A stretch of DNA of 52,069 nt from Hyphomicrobiales bacterium (lineage in GTDB: Bacteria; Pseudomonadota; Alphaproteobacteria; Rhizobiales; Beijerinckiaceae), in NCBI GenBank assembly GCA_031367295.1, contig JANLPP010000484.1:1-52069 (forward strand). The letters are read 5' to 3'. How positions within the stretch are numbered: position 1 is the first letter of the stretch; each line of letters begins with the position of its first letter. The notes beneath the pieces are model-generated. The model was given only the letters and a program-made list of their open reading frames with translations, had not been told where the DNA came from and made no database searches. Position numbers and translations under genes: made by a program. Below are positions 26,984-35,781 of this stretch, in pieces.

Positions 26984-28543
26984 ATGACCGGGCCTGCCTA
27001 TGTGCTGGCGATTGACCAGGGCACAACCTCCACGCGCGCGATTGTGTTTGACGCGGCCATGGTGCCGTGCGCCTCTGCGGCCAAAGAGTTCCAGCAGTTT
27101 TTTCCCGCCTCGGGACATGTGGAGCATGACCTCGAGGAAATCTGGGCCAGCGTGGTCGAGACCTGCCGCGCCGCAATCGCCAGGGCGGGCGTCAGCGCCG
27201 CCGACATCGCGGCCATTGGCATCACCAACCAGCGCGAGACCACCGCCATATGGGACCGGGCAACCGGCAAGCCTGTCCACAAGGCGATTGTCTGGCAGGA
27301 CCGGCGCACGGCGGACCGCTGCGCGGCGCTGAAAAAAGCCGGCCACGAAAAACTGTTTGCCGCCCGCACTGGCCTGCTGCTTGATCCATATTTTTCCGGT
27401 ACCAAGGCCGCCCATATTCTCGATACGGTCAAGGGCGCGCGGGCACGGGCGGCGCGCGGCGAACTGGCCTTTGGCACGATTGACACGTTTCTGGTCTGGC
27501 GGCTGACCGGCGGCCAGGTGCATGCCACTGATGCCACCAATGCCTCGCGCACCCTGATGTTTGATATTCACAGGGGTGCGTGGGACGACAGGCTGCTGAA
27601 ACTCCTCAATGTGCCGCGCAGTCTGCTGCCGGAGGTCAAGGACTGCGCCGCAGATTTCGGGCAGACCCTGCCGGAGCTGTTCGGCGCGCCGATCCCGATC
27701 TGCGGCGTGGCGGGCGACCAGCAGGCGGCCACTGTCGGCCAAGCCTGCTTCAAGCCGGGCATGATGAAGTCCACGTACGGCACTGGCTGTTTTGCCCTGC
27801 TCAACACCGGCGCGGCGGCCATCGCTTCGAAAAACCGGCTGCTCACCACCATCGCCTATCAGCTTGACGGCAAGCGCACCTATGCGCTGGAAGGCTCGAT
27901 TTTCATCGCGGGCGCGGCGGTGCAATGGCTGCGCGACGGACTGAAAATCATCGCTGCGGCGGGCGAGACCGGCGCGCTCGCCGCCGCAGCGGACCCGGCG
28001 CAGAATGTTGTGCTGGTGCCCGCCTTCACCGGGCTTGGCGCGCCCTATTGGGATGCGGAGTGCCGGGGCGCGCTGTTTGGCCTGACGCGCGCCACGACGG
28101 CGAAGGAACTGGCGCGCGCCGCGCTCGAAAGCGTCTGCACGCAGACGCGCGACCTTCTGGACGCCATGCGCAAGGACTGGGGCGGGCGCGGGCGCACGGT
28201 GCTGCGCGTCGATGGCGGCATGGTGGCCTCGGACTGGACGATGCAGCGCCTCGCCGACATTCTGGGCGTGCCGGTTGACCGCCCGCAGATTCTGGAGACG
28301 ACGGCATTGGGCGCGGCATATCTGGCCGGCATGCAGGTTGGACTGTACCCGAAGCCCGCCGCGTTTGCGCAGACGTGGAAACTGGAGCGGCGTTTTGCCC
28401 CGGAGATGCCGGTGAAGGAGCGCGAGGCGCGGTATGCATTGTGGAAAGACGCGGTGGCGCGCACGCTGACGCGCGCGCCAATCCCTTCTCCCGCAAGCGG
28501 GCGAAGAAATCGCGTGCGCGGCGAGGCCCCACGCAACTGGTAA
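26984..28543 (+). CDS. glpK: Glycerol kinase
   Basis: 519 aa. [18 protein letters not shown]...[11 protein letters not shown]...[15 protein letters not shown]...GDQQAA are classical GlpK motifs. The last ~24 codons are encoded by a repeat element (see findings). Confidence 0.95.
   Translation: MTGPAYVLAIDQGTTSTRAIVFDAAMVPCASAAKEFQQFFPASGHVEHDLEEIWASVVETCRAAIARAGVSAADIAAIGITNQRETTAIWDRATGKPVHKAIVWQDRRTADRCAALKKAGHEKLFAARTGLLLDPYFSGTKAAHILDTVKGARARAARGELAFGTIDTFLVWRLTGGQVHATDATNASRTLMFDIHRGAWDDRLLKLLNVPRSLLPEVKDCAADFGQTLPELFGAPIPICGVAGDQQAATVGQACFKPGMMKSTYGTGCFALLNTGAAAIASKNRLLTTIAYQLDGKRTYALEGSIFIAGAAVQWLRDGLKIIAAAGETGALAAAADPAQNVVLVPAFTGLGAPYWDAECRGALFGLTRATTAKELARAALESVCTQTRDLLDAMRKDWGGRGRTVLRVDGGMVASDWTMQRLADILGVPVDRPQILETTALGAAYLAGMQVGLYPKPAAFAQTWKLERRFAPEMPVKEREARYALWKDAVARTLTRAPIPSPASGRRNRVRGEAPRNW
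28485..28506. repeat. Copy of the CTTCTCCCGC...GCGGG(A/C)GAAG hairpin (same family as 2672-2696), inside the 3' end of glpK
   Basis: AATCCCTTCTCCCGCAAGCGGGCGAAG here versus ATTCCCTTCTCCCGCAAAGCGGGAGAAG at about 2669. Confidence 0.6.
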
Positions 28544-28572
28544 AAATCAAACGGCAGGGAGCGCAGCTGTTT

Positions 28573-28832
28573 GCCGGTGGCGGACATGATCTGGCCCGAC
28601 TGGCAATAGCCGCATTGCACTCCATCAAGCTGCTGCCAGGCGGCCTGCGCCGCCTTGCCGGTGACGCCTTCAATGGTGGTGCCCTTGCGCGCCGACATCG
28701 GCGACCGCCGTCTGCCACAGGGCGCACCGGCGAGCCGTCAACATGCACCTTCGGCAAAGCAGCGGCGGCGCGCGCCGGGCCTTGCCCCGCACCAGATAAG
28801 GCGTCCGCCCGTATTGCAACTATGCCTCTCAA
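28573..28832 (-). pseudogene. Decayed remnant of a (2Fe-2S)-binding small subunit of a molybdopterin hydroxylase (IorA/CoxS-like)
   Basis: Reverse strand. One frame reads KGTTIEGVTGKAAQAAWQQLDGVQCGYCQSGQIMSA (28698 downward), a typical second Fe-S cluster region. Upstream pieces (LIW..., RCFAEGAC, VHVDGSPVR) lie in two other frames and end in stops. The C-terminal CRCG region is missing. At least two frameshifts are present. Confidence 0.5.
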
Positions 28833-28918
28833 AGTTTATCCGTGACGGTGTGACTTTTTCAAGGCGCGTTCCGGAGTCTCCGCCATTCCGGCCAGCGTCA
28901 ATACTCCAGGAAAAAACC

Positions 28919-29665
28919 ATGCGCCTTGCTTCCAGAACCGCCATTATAACCGGCGCGGCGCAGGGCTTTGGCCTTGCCATAGCCCAGACATTCGCGCGGG
29001 AAGGTGCCCGTGTCGCCTGCCTCGACATACAGAAGGATGCGGCGGAAGCGGCGGCGCGGCTGATTGGCGCGGGGGCCATCGCGCTTGCCTGTGACGTCAC
29101 CAAAAGCGCTGAGGTCAACGCTGCCGTGCAGGCCACGCTCGCCGCTTTTGGCCATGTCGATATTGTCGTCAACAATGCCGGCACGTCGCATCGCAACAAG
29201 CCGATGCTGGAGGTGACCGAGGACGAGTTCGACCGGGTTTTCGCGGTCAACGTCAAGTCCATCTACAACATGGCGCAGGCGGTTGTGCCGCATTTGCGGG
29301 CGCATGGCGGCGGCGTCATCATCAACATTGGCTCGACCGCCGGCATCCGCCCGCGTCCCGGCCTGACCTGGTACAATGCCTCGAAAGGCGCGGTGAACCT
29401 GCTGTCGAAATCCATGGCGGTGGAACTCGCGCCAGACAGGATCCGGGTCTGCGCGCTGGCGCCAGTGGCCGGTGAAACGCCGCTGCTGGCAATGTTTCTG
29501 GGCGAGGACACACCGGAGCGGCGCGCCATGTTCCGGGCGACGGTGCCGCTCGGCCGCCTGTCGCAGCCGCAGGATATTGCCAATGCCGCGCTGTTTCTGG
29601 TCTCGGACGAAGCGGAATTTTTGACCGGCGTCGTGCTGGAGGTGGATGGCGGGCGCTGCGTGTGA
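28919..29665 (+). CDS. Classical SDR oxidoreductase (FabG/glucose-1-dehydrogenase-like)
   Basis: Start at codon 89 of ORF 28655..29665. TAIITGAAQGFGLA, NNAG and YNASKGAV motifs. Confidence 0.9.
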   Translation: MRLASRTAIITGAAQGFGLAIAQTFAREGARVACLDIQKDAAEAAARLIGAGAIALACDVTKSAEVNAAVQATLAAFGHVDIVVNNAGTSHRNKPMLEVTEDEFDRVFAVNVKSIYNMAQAVVPHLRAHGGGVIINIGSTAGIRPRPGLTWYNASKGAVNLLSKSMAVELAPDRIRVCALAPVAGETPLLAMFLGEDTPERRAMFRATVPLGRLSQPQDIANAALFLVSDEAEFLTGVVLEVDGGRCV

Positions 29666-29672
29666 ATCACGT

Positions 29673-30488
29673 TTATTCCGGCAGCAGGTAGCCCGCCGCC
29701 CGCGCCTCCGCGTCCCATTGCAAAGTCACGGTAAAATCCGCCTGCGTCACCAGCGCAAAGCCGCTGATCGCCAGCGGCGCGGCGAGTGCGGCAAACCATG
29801 GCGCGGCCTGCGCAGCAGCAAAGGCGGCACGCAGCCGCATGACGCTCGCCGCCGGCATTGCCGCCGCCGCCACGAAGGCGGGCATGGGTGCGGTCGCGGT
29901 GCTCTCGACAACGCGGATGTCCGCCACCAGATCGGGCCGGTGCAGGGCCAGCAGGCGATGCCAGAACGCATCAAGCGGCCCCACATCAATCTCGCCCGCG
30001 ACAACGCTGTCGAGCACGCGGCGCGCGGTCATCAGATCGCCCGCCGCCTGCGCAAACAGCCGCGCCCGCCCGGCCTTGCGGTAGCGCAGAAGGTGATGGC
30101 GCGGCGCGTTGAAGCCGGAATGCGAGTGCCGCACGGTCCAGCCGAAGCGCCCTGCGAAGGCATCCGCCAGCGTGGCAAAACGGCTATCCCCGCGCACGAT
30201 AAAATCCGTGCGGTAAACGGCGCGGCCCTGCGCCCAGTCCGCCGCCGGAACTGGCGCGGCTAGCGGCGTCACATCCGCAAGCCTCAACGCGACAGGATAG
30301 CCGCACATCAGCACGCAGCCCAGATCCGGGCGTGACCACAGGTCTTCAAGCGGCAGCGGCGCAGGGTATGGCATGTAGCGCAGCGGCACGTCCGCATCCT
30401 GCGCCACATGCGCCAGCAGCGCCTGCCATGCCGCCTCCACCTGCGGCGTCACCGCATACATGCGGGCATTGGCGATCCGGTCTGTCAT
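29673..30488 (-). CDS. PhnD/PBP2-fold (phosphonate-binding-like) protein without signal peptide
   Basis: 271 aa. The opening MTDRIANARMYAVTPQVEAAWQALLAHV resembles the first strand and helix of PhnD-like SBPs. There is no hydrophobic N-terminus, and an in-frame TGA lies 4 codons upstream. Confidence 0.75.
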   Translation of the reverse strand: MTDRIANARMYAVTPQVEAAWQALLAHVAQDADVPLRYMPYPAPLPLEDLWSRPDLGCVLMCGYPVALRLADVTPLAAPVPAADWAQGRAVYRTDFIVRGDSRFATLADAFAGRFGWTVRHSHSGFNAPRHHLLRYRKAGRARLFAQAAGDLMTARRVLDSVVAGEIDVGPLDAFWHRLLALHRPDLVADIRVVESTATAPMPAFVAAAAMPAASVMRLRAAFAAAQAAPWFAALAAPLAISGFALVTQADFTVTLQWDAEARAAGYLLPE

Positions 30489-30497
30489 GACGCTTTC

Positions 30498-31838
30498 TCA
30501 AAAATAGCGCAGCCAGACATAGACATGGGCAATCGCGACGCTGACCAGCATCATCGGGAAAGCGAATTTTGTGTAGGTGAGAAAACTGAAGGGAATGCCC
30601 TGCCGCTCGGCAAGACCGGCGACCGTCAGGTTGGCCGAGGCACCGATCAGCGTGCCATTGCCGCCAAGGCAGGCGCCCAGCGACAGGCACCACCACAGAG
30701 GCTGAATATGGTCAGCGCCGCCATAGGCCGGGGCAAGATTTTTGATCAGCGGAATCATGGTGGCGACGAAGGGAATGTTGTCGACAATCGCTGACAGGAA
30801 GGCCGAGGCCCACAGGATGGCAAGGCCCGCCTTGGGCAGGCTGCCGCCGGACCAGTCCGCCAGCATCTGCGCCAGCATGCGCAGCAGCCCGCCAACCTCC
30901 ACCGCATGCACCACGACAAACAGGCCGGCGAAGAAAAACAGTGTGATCCATTCCACATCGCTGAAAGTGCTGTGGACATTATGCGCCTGCTTCTCGCCAT
31001 GGTGCTGCCAGTTGTCGAGCAGCATCAGCACCGCCGCCCCAAACATCGCGATGGTGGCGGGCTGCTGGCCGATCTGGCGCGCGAAAATAAATCCCAGCAT
31101 CACCAGCACCAGCACGCAGCAGGCCTGTTTCAGCAGCGTCCAGTCGAGGATGGCGTCGATCTCGCGCATCGCCATCACAGCGGCGCGGTGCTGCGGTGTT
31201 GACTTCAGCGCCCGGCCCCAGACGAGATGCGTCATCATGGCCTGCACCGCCATGATAATGATGATGACCGGCGTTAGATGCCAGACAAAATCATTGAATG
31301 AAAGGTCAGTCAGCGAGCCAATCAGGATGTTGGGCGGGTCGCCGATCAGGGTCGCCGTGCCGCCGATATTGGAAGCCATGACCTCCGCAAACAGATAAGG
31401 GTAGGGCGGCACATCAAGGTCTTTGGTGATGGCCAGCGTCACCGGCACCACCAGCAGCACCGTCGTCACATTGTCGAGCAGGGCGGAGAGCACGGCAGTT
31501 GCCACCGACAGCAGCAGCAATATGCCGCCAGGGCTGGCGTTGGCGAGCTTGGCGGCGCGGATCGCGACATACTGGAACATGCCGGAGCGCCGCGCGATCG
31601 ATACCAGAATCATCATGCCCGCCAGCAGGCCAAGCGTGTTGATGTCGATGCCTTTGGTCGCCTCCTCCTGCGTCAGCAGGCCGGAGAAGATGACAATGCC
31701 GATGGCCAGCAGCGCAATAATGGCGCGGTTGACTTTTTCCGCCATGATCGCGGCATAAACCAGCAAAAGCAGGATGGTGGACAGCCAAAGCGGGCTGAGG
31801 CCGAAAATCACCCGTGGAACAAACTCATGGCCAGCCAT
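30498..31838 (-). CDS. ArsB/NhaD/SLC13-superfamily ion transporter permease
   Basis: Polytopic. LDNVTTVLLVVPVT...ASNIGGTATLIGDPPNILIGS...IVDNIPFVATMIPLI...GACLGGNGTLIGASAN form the duplicated hairpin motifs of this superfamily. Start is 31838 or 31844. Confidence 0.85.
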   Translation of the reverse strand: MAGHEFVPRVIFGLSPLWLSTILLLLVYAAIMAEKVNRAIIALLAIGIVIFSGLLTQEEATKGIDINTLGLLAGMMILVSIARRSGMFQYVAIRAAKLANASPGGILLLLSVATAVLSALLDNVTTVLLVVPVTLAITKDLDVPPYPYLFAEVMASNIGGTATLIGDPPNILIGSLTDLSFNDFVWHLTPVIIIIMAVQAMMTHLVWGRALKSTPQHRAAVMAMREIDAILDWTLLKQACCVLVLVMLGFIFARQIGQQPATIAMFGAAVLMLLDNWQHHGEKQAHNVHSTFSDVEWITLFFFAGLFVVVHAVEVGGLLRMLAQMLADWSGGSLPKAGLAILWASAFLSAIVDNIPFVATMIPLIKNLAPAYGGADHIQPLWWCLSLGACLGGNGTLIGASANLTVAGLAERQGIPFSFLTYTKFAFPMMLVSVAIAHVYVWLRYF

Positions 31839-32043
31839 TACCATCCCCCCAGCATCGTGCCATGAGTCTTTTAACCCGCAGCTGAAGTCAAGTCTGTGGC
31901 GCGCGGCATCAAGGGTGACTGCAAATGGTAACAGAAAAGTCACTATGTCCGGCTTGCCAGAATCTTCAATCGCGGCAATATCGCTTCGTTTTGCGGTGCT
32001 GCGCGGTTGCAGCCTTTGCTTTTTTTAAATTGGGGAGTTTTGC

Positions 32044-32583
32044 ATGATTGATTTACGCCTTGCGCGGGCCAGTGCGGCGCTGTGTTTGTTCTTCGCGGCC
32101 GGAGCGGCGCATGCCGCAGATGTCAAAATAACCGACATCAAGGCCTATTTGTTTCTGGAAAAAACCGGCCATCTGTCCGCCAACATCATGGATTCAAAAG
32201 ACCCGTTCAAGAATCTCAGCACCGGCGGCGGGGCGGGCGGCGAGCCTGCATCGAATATCCTGCTTGAATTCGTGTTCAGTGGCGACAAGAACAGCGCGCC
32301 GAAATTCGCCTCGGCCCTCATCAACATCACGCAGTCGGGCAAAAACGGCCAGAAAGCGCGGACCACCCGGGCGTTCGGCGGCTTCCAGTTTGGCGAGAGC
32401 GGCGAGGTGCATAAATCGCTATACCTCGAAAACGCCACCTGCATGGCGCTGGAAATCGAGGTGAAGGCCGGCAAATCGGTGAAGACCGGCAAGGTCGAGT
32501 TTGCCTGCGACGAGGTGGCGGAAGCCAAGGGGCCGGGAGTGGCGGTGACGCCAGTGCCGGGGACGCCGAAGAATAAGAAGTGA
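32044..32583 (+). CDS. Hypothetical secreted protein (no family recognised)
   Basis: 179 aa. GGGGAG RBS. Sec signal MIDLRLARASAALCLFFAAGAAHA-AD. Two Cys in the mature part and a Lys-rich C-terminus. Visibly more A/T-rich codons than its neighbours. Confidence 0.6.
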   Translation: MIDLRLARASAALCLFFAAGAAHAADVKITDIKAYLFLEKTGHLSANIMDSKDPFKNLSTGGGAGGEPASNILLEFVFSGDKNSAPKFASALINITQSGKNGQKARTTRAFGGFQFGESGEVHKSLYLENATCMALEIEVKAGKSVKTGKVEFACDEVAEAKGPGVAVTPVPGTPKNKK

Positions 32584-32589
32584 GGCGAA

Positions 32590-32625
32590 GGGCGGCCCGC
32601 GCCCTTGGGACGCGGCGGCCCGCCC
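32590..32625. terminator. GC-rich hairpin between convergent genes (possible bidirectional terminator)
   Basis: GGGCGGCCCGC...GCGGCGGCCCGCCC. The outer GGGCGG/CCGCCC stem has inner pairs. There is no clear U-tract. Confidence 0.3.
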
Positions 32626-35600
32626 TAATGCGCCTCGTCCCAGTTGCGTGCCGCGCGCGCGTCAACCTGCAGGGGGACGGACAATTGCAAGGCGGGCAGC
32701 GGCGCGTCGATCATGACGCGGCGCGCCAGCGCGATGGTCGCCGCAGCTTCCTCGTCGCGCACCTCGAACACCAGCTCGTCGTGCACTTGCAGCAGCATCT
32801 GTCCGCTCAGTTTTTCCGCCTCCAGCGCCGCGTCCATGCGTACCATGGCGCGGCGGATGATGTCGGCGGCTGAACCCTGGATCGGCGCGTTGATCGCCGC
32901 ACGCTCATTGAAGGCGCGCTCGGACGCGTTGGACGAGGTGATGCGCGGATAGTGGCATTTTCGCCCGAAAATCGTTGTGACATAGCCGCGCGCGCGCACC
33001 TCACGTTTCGTCGCTTCCATGTAATCGCGGATGCCGGGGAAACGCTCGAAATATTTCTTGATATAGGCGCCCGCTTCCTCGCGCGGAATGCCAAGCTGGT
33101 TGGCAAGACCGAAGGCGGAGATGCCATAAATAATACCGAAGTTGATCGCCTTGGCCCTGCGTCGCACATCCGGCGGCATGTCTTTGACAGGCACGCCAAA
33201 CATTTCCGACGCGGTCATGGCATGAATGTCGAGGCCGTCGGCAAAAGCCCGCTTCAGCTGGGGAATATCGGCGATATGGGCGAGCAGGCGCAGCTCGATC
33301 TGGCTGTAATCGGCGGAGATCAGCTTGTGGCCGGGCGTGGCGACGAAGGCGGTGCGGATCTTGCGGCCTTCCTCGTTGCGCACTGGAATGTTCTGCAGGT
33401 TTGGCTCGGAGGATGACAGACGCCCTGTGGTGGTGGCGGCCAGCGCGAAGGACGTGTGCACGCGGTGCGTCTGCGGGTTGACGAAGGTCGGCAGCGCGTC
33501 GGTGTAAGTGGACTTCAGCTTGGCGAGCTGGCGCCAGTCGAGAATGCGCGCGGCAAGCTCAACGCCCTCTTCGGCGAGGTCCTCAAGCACGCTTGCCGAT
33601 GTGGACCATGCGCCATTCGCCGTCTTCTTGCCGCCCGCAAGGCCCATCCTGCCAAACAGTATGTCACCCAGCTGCTTGGGTGATCCAAGATTAAAGCTGC
33701 CGCCCGCCAGCGTGTGCACCTGCGCCTCAAGCCTCGCCATGCCCTGCGCGAACTCGCCGGACAGGCGCGACAGAATCGCGCGGTCGATCGATATGCCGCG
33801 CCGCTCCATGCGCGCCAGCGTCTCGACCATCGGGCGCTCCAGCGTCTCGTAAACCGTGGTCATTTTTTCGGCGGGCAGGCGCGCCTTCAGCAGCAGCCAC
33901 AGCCGCAGTGTCACATCCGCATCCTCGGCGGCATAATCGGTTGCCTTGTCGAGCGGCACACGCGCAAAGCCGATGAAGCTCTTGCCGGTGCCCGCCACCG
34001 CGCCAAAGCTCACCGGCTTGTGGCGGAGGTGCTTTTCCGACAGCTCGTCCATGCCGTGATTGTTGAGACCCGCGTCGAGCACATAAGACATCAGCATCGT
34101 GTCATCGACGGGCGCGACATCAATGCCGTGCTGGCGCAGCACCAGCCAGTCAAATTTGGCGTTCTGCAAAACCTTCAGCACCCCCGGCGCTTCGAGCAGC
34201 GGCTTCAGCCGCTCCAGCGCGGCCGCCGTGCTGATCTGGCCCGGCAGCGGTGCGCCCTCGCCAAACAGGCCACCGCCGCCGCCCTCGCCAACATGGCCCA
34301 GCGGAATATAGCAGGCGCGGCCTGGCGCAATAGCGAGGGACACGCCGACCAGCGCGCATTGCATGGCGTCAAGCGACGAGGTCTCGGTGTCAACCGCAAC
34401 AACACCTGCCGCGATACCGGCGGCAATCCACGTGTCGAGCTGTGCCAGCGTCGTGACCGCCTCATAGCCCGGGCGGTCAATCTTCGTGGCCGCCGCGGCA
34501 ACGCGCCGTGCGGCGGCGAGCGCTGCCGGTGTCAGCGTTCCGGCGGGCGTTCCGGGCGCGGCGCTGGCCGCTGCGGGCACCCTGGCGGTTGTATCCGCAA
34601 GTGCCGGCCCAGCTTCACCAGCGCTCCAGCCGATGCCGGCCCCCGGCTGGGCCAGCCGCGCATCCGCCTCGATGTTTGAAGTGTTGAGGCCATAGGCGTC
34701 GGCGACGCGGCGCGTCACCGAATTAAATTCCATCGCCTTCAAAAAAGCCACAAGACCCCTGGCGTCCGGGTCATGCAGCGCAAGCTCAGCCAGGGGCGTT
34801 GCCAGCGGCACGGCGGTCTCCAGCGTCACCAGCAGCTTCGACATCCGCGCCTTGCCGGCATGCTCGATCAGTGCCTCGCGGCGCTTGGGCTGCTTGATCT
34901 CGCGCGCGCACAGCAGCAGGTTTTCGAGATCGCCGTATTCGGTGATCAGCTGGGCGGCGGTCTTGATGCCAATGCCCGGCACTCCCGGCACGTTATCGAC
35001 ACTGTCCCCGGCCAGCGCCTGCACATCGATCACCTTGTCCGGCATGACTCCGAATTTCTCGAACACCTCGTTTGGCCCGATGCGCTTCTCCTTCACCGGG
35101 TCCAGCATATCGACGCCGTCGCCGACCAGCTGCATCAGGTCCTTGTCGGAGCCGATGATCAGCACTGTCGCGCCCGCCTCGCGCGCCAGCCGGGCATAGG
35201 TGGCGATGAGATCGTCCGCCTCGTAATTCGGCTGCTCGACACAGGGAATGCCGAAGGCGCGCACCGCCTCGCGGATCAGCGCGAACTGCGGCCGCAGGTC
35301 GGCTGGCGGCTCGGGCCGCTGCGCCTTGTACTGGTCGTAGAGTGCATTGCGGAATGTGGTGGAGGAATGGTCCATGATAACCGCCAGATGGGTCGCCTTT
35401 TCCCCCGCCATGCTTTCGCGCACCAGTTTCCACATCATGTTGCAGAAGCCCGCCACCGCGCCGACCGGCAGCCCGTCGGACTTGCGGGTGAGCGGCGGCA
35501 GCGCGTGATAGGCGCGGAAAATATAGGACGAGCCATCGACAAGAAAGAGGTGGCTGCCGGGGCCGACGCTGGAAGGGGTCTGTGTCATGGCGTTGATCAT
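32625..35600 (-). CDS. polA: DNA polymerase I
   Basis: 991 aa. 5' nuclease (LFLVDGSSYIFRAYHAL), 3'-5' exonuclease (AVDTETSSLD) and polymerase motifs (DYSQIELR, RRRAKAINFGIIYG, QVHDELVFE). The start could instead be the second ATG at 35588. Confidence 0.95.
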   Translation of the reverse strand: MINAMTQTPSSVGPGSHLFLVDGSSYIFRAYHALPPLTRKSDGLPVGAVAGFCNMMWKLVRESMAGEKATHLAVIMDHSSTTFRNALYDQYKAQRPEPPADLRPQFALIREAVRAFGIPCVEQPNYEADDLIATYARLAREAGATVLIIGSDKDLMQLVGDGVDMLDPVKEKRIGPNEVFEKFGVMPDKVIDVQALAGDSVDNVPGVPGIGIKTAAQLITEYGDLENLLLCAREIKQPKRREALIEHAGKARMSKLLVTLETAVPLATPLAELALHDPDARGLVAFLKAMEFNSVTRRVADAYGLNTSNIEADARLAQPGAGIGWSAGEAGPALADTTARVPAAASAAPGTPAGTLTPAALAAARRVAAAATKIDRPGYEAVTTLAQLDTWIAAGIAAGVVAVDTETSSLDAMQCALVGVSLAIAPGRACYIPLGHVGEGGGGGLFGEGAPLPGQISTAAALERLKPLLEAPGVLKVLQNAKFDWLVLRQHGIDVAPVDDTMLMSYVLDAGLNNHGMDELSEKHLRHKPVSFGAVAGTGKSFIGFARVPLDKATDYAAEDADVTLRLWLLLKARLPAEKMTTVYETLERPMVETLARMERRGISIDRAILSRLSGEFAQGMARLEAQVHTLAGGSFNLGSPKQLGDILFGRMGLAGGKKTANGAWSTSASVLEDLAEEGVELAARILDWRQLAKLKSTYTDALPTFVNPQTHRVHTSFALAATTTGRLSSSEPNLQNIPVRNEEGRKIRTAFVATPGHKLISADYSQIELRLLAHIADIPQLKRAFADGLDIHAMTASEMFGVPVKDMPPDVRRRAKAINFGIIYGISAFGLANQLGIPREEAGAYIKKYFERFPGIRDYMEATKREVRARGYVTTIFGRKCHYPRITSSNASERAFNERAAINAPIQGSAADIIRRAMVRMDAALEAEKLSGQMLLQVHDELVFEVRDEEAAATIALARRVMIDAPLPALQLSVPLQVDARAARNWDEAH

Positions 35601-35781
35601 AGATGCCGGCGGCGCGCGTGGCTACCGCGCCGCCGCCCCAAACTGGCACGCCTGCCGCCGCGCGCGGGTAACCCGCCAGCAAGGTTAAGCTGGAATAACC
35701 ATGCTGCGTCCGTAACCGGTCTCAGGTCTCGCGTGCCGGTTGCCGCGCATCTCAAGTGCCCCAAAGTTGCATTGGTTGCGT

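Noticed and set aside
28045-28698. 217-aa reverse ORF overlapping the 3' half of glpK.
   Set aside because: Only its first ~42 codons (the 2Fe-2S motif region) look like a real protein. The remainder is antisense to glpK, so it is treated as part of the pseudogene remnant and not as a gene.
28655-28918. 88-codon upstream extension of the SDR ORF.
   Set aside because: The extension is the antisense reading of the 2Fe-2S remnant. The SDR Rossmann motif follows immediately after the internal ATG at 28919, which has an AGGAAA RBS.
30486-30500. Possible stop-codon read-through fusing the permease to the PhnD-like protein (same frame, TGA + 3 codons + ATG).
   Set aside because: A shared frame has a one-in-three chance expectation, and no read-through context or selenocysteine-type structure is evident. 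It is mentioned only as a prompt to look for natural fusions.
31998-32026. Terminator-like GCTGC-N6-GCAGC followed by CTTTGCTTTTTTT on the plus strand.
   Set aside because: The stem is short (5 bp), there is a spacer before the T-run, and no plus-strand gene lies upstream. More likely it is just part of the AT-richer divergent promoter region between the permease and the orphan secreted-protein gene.
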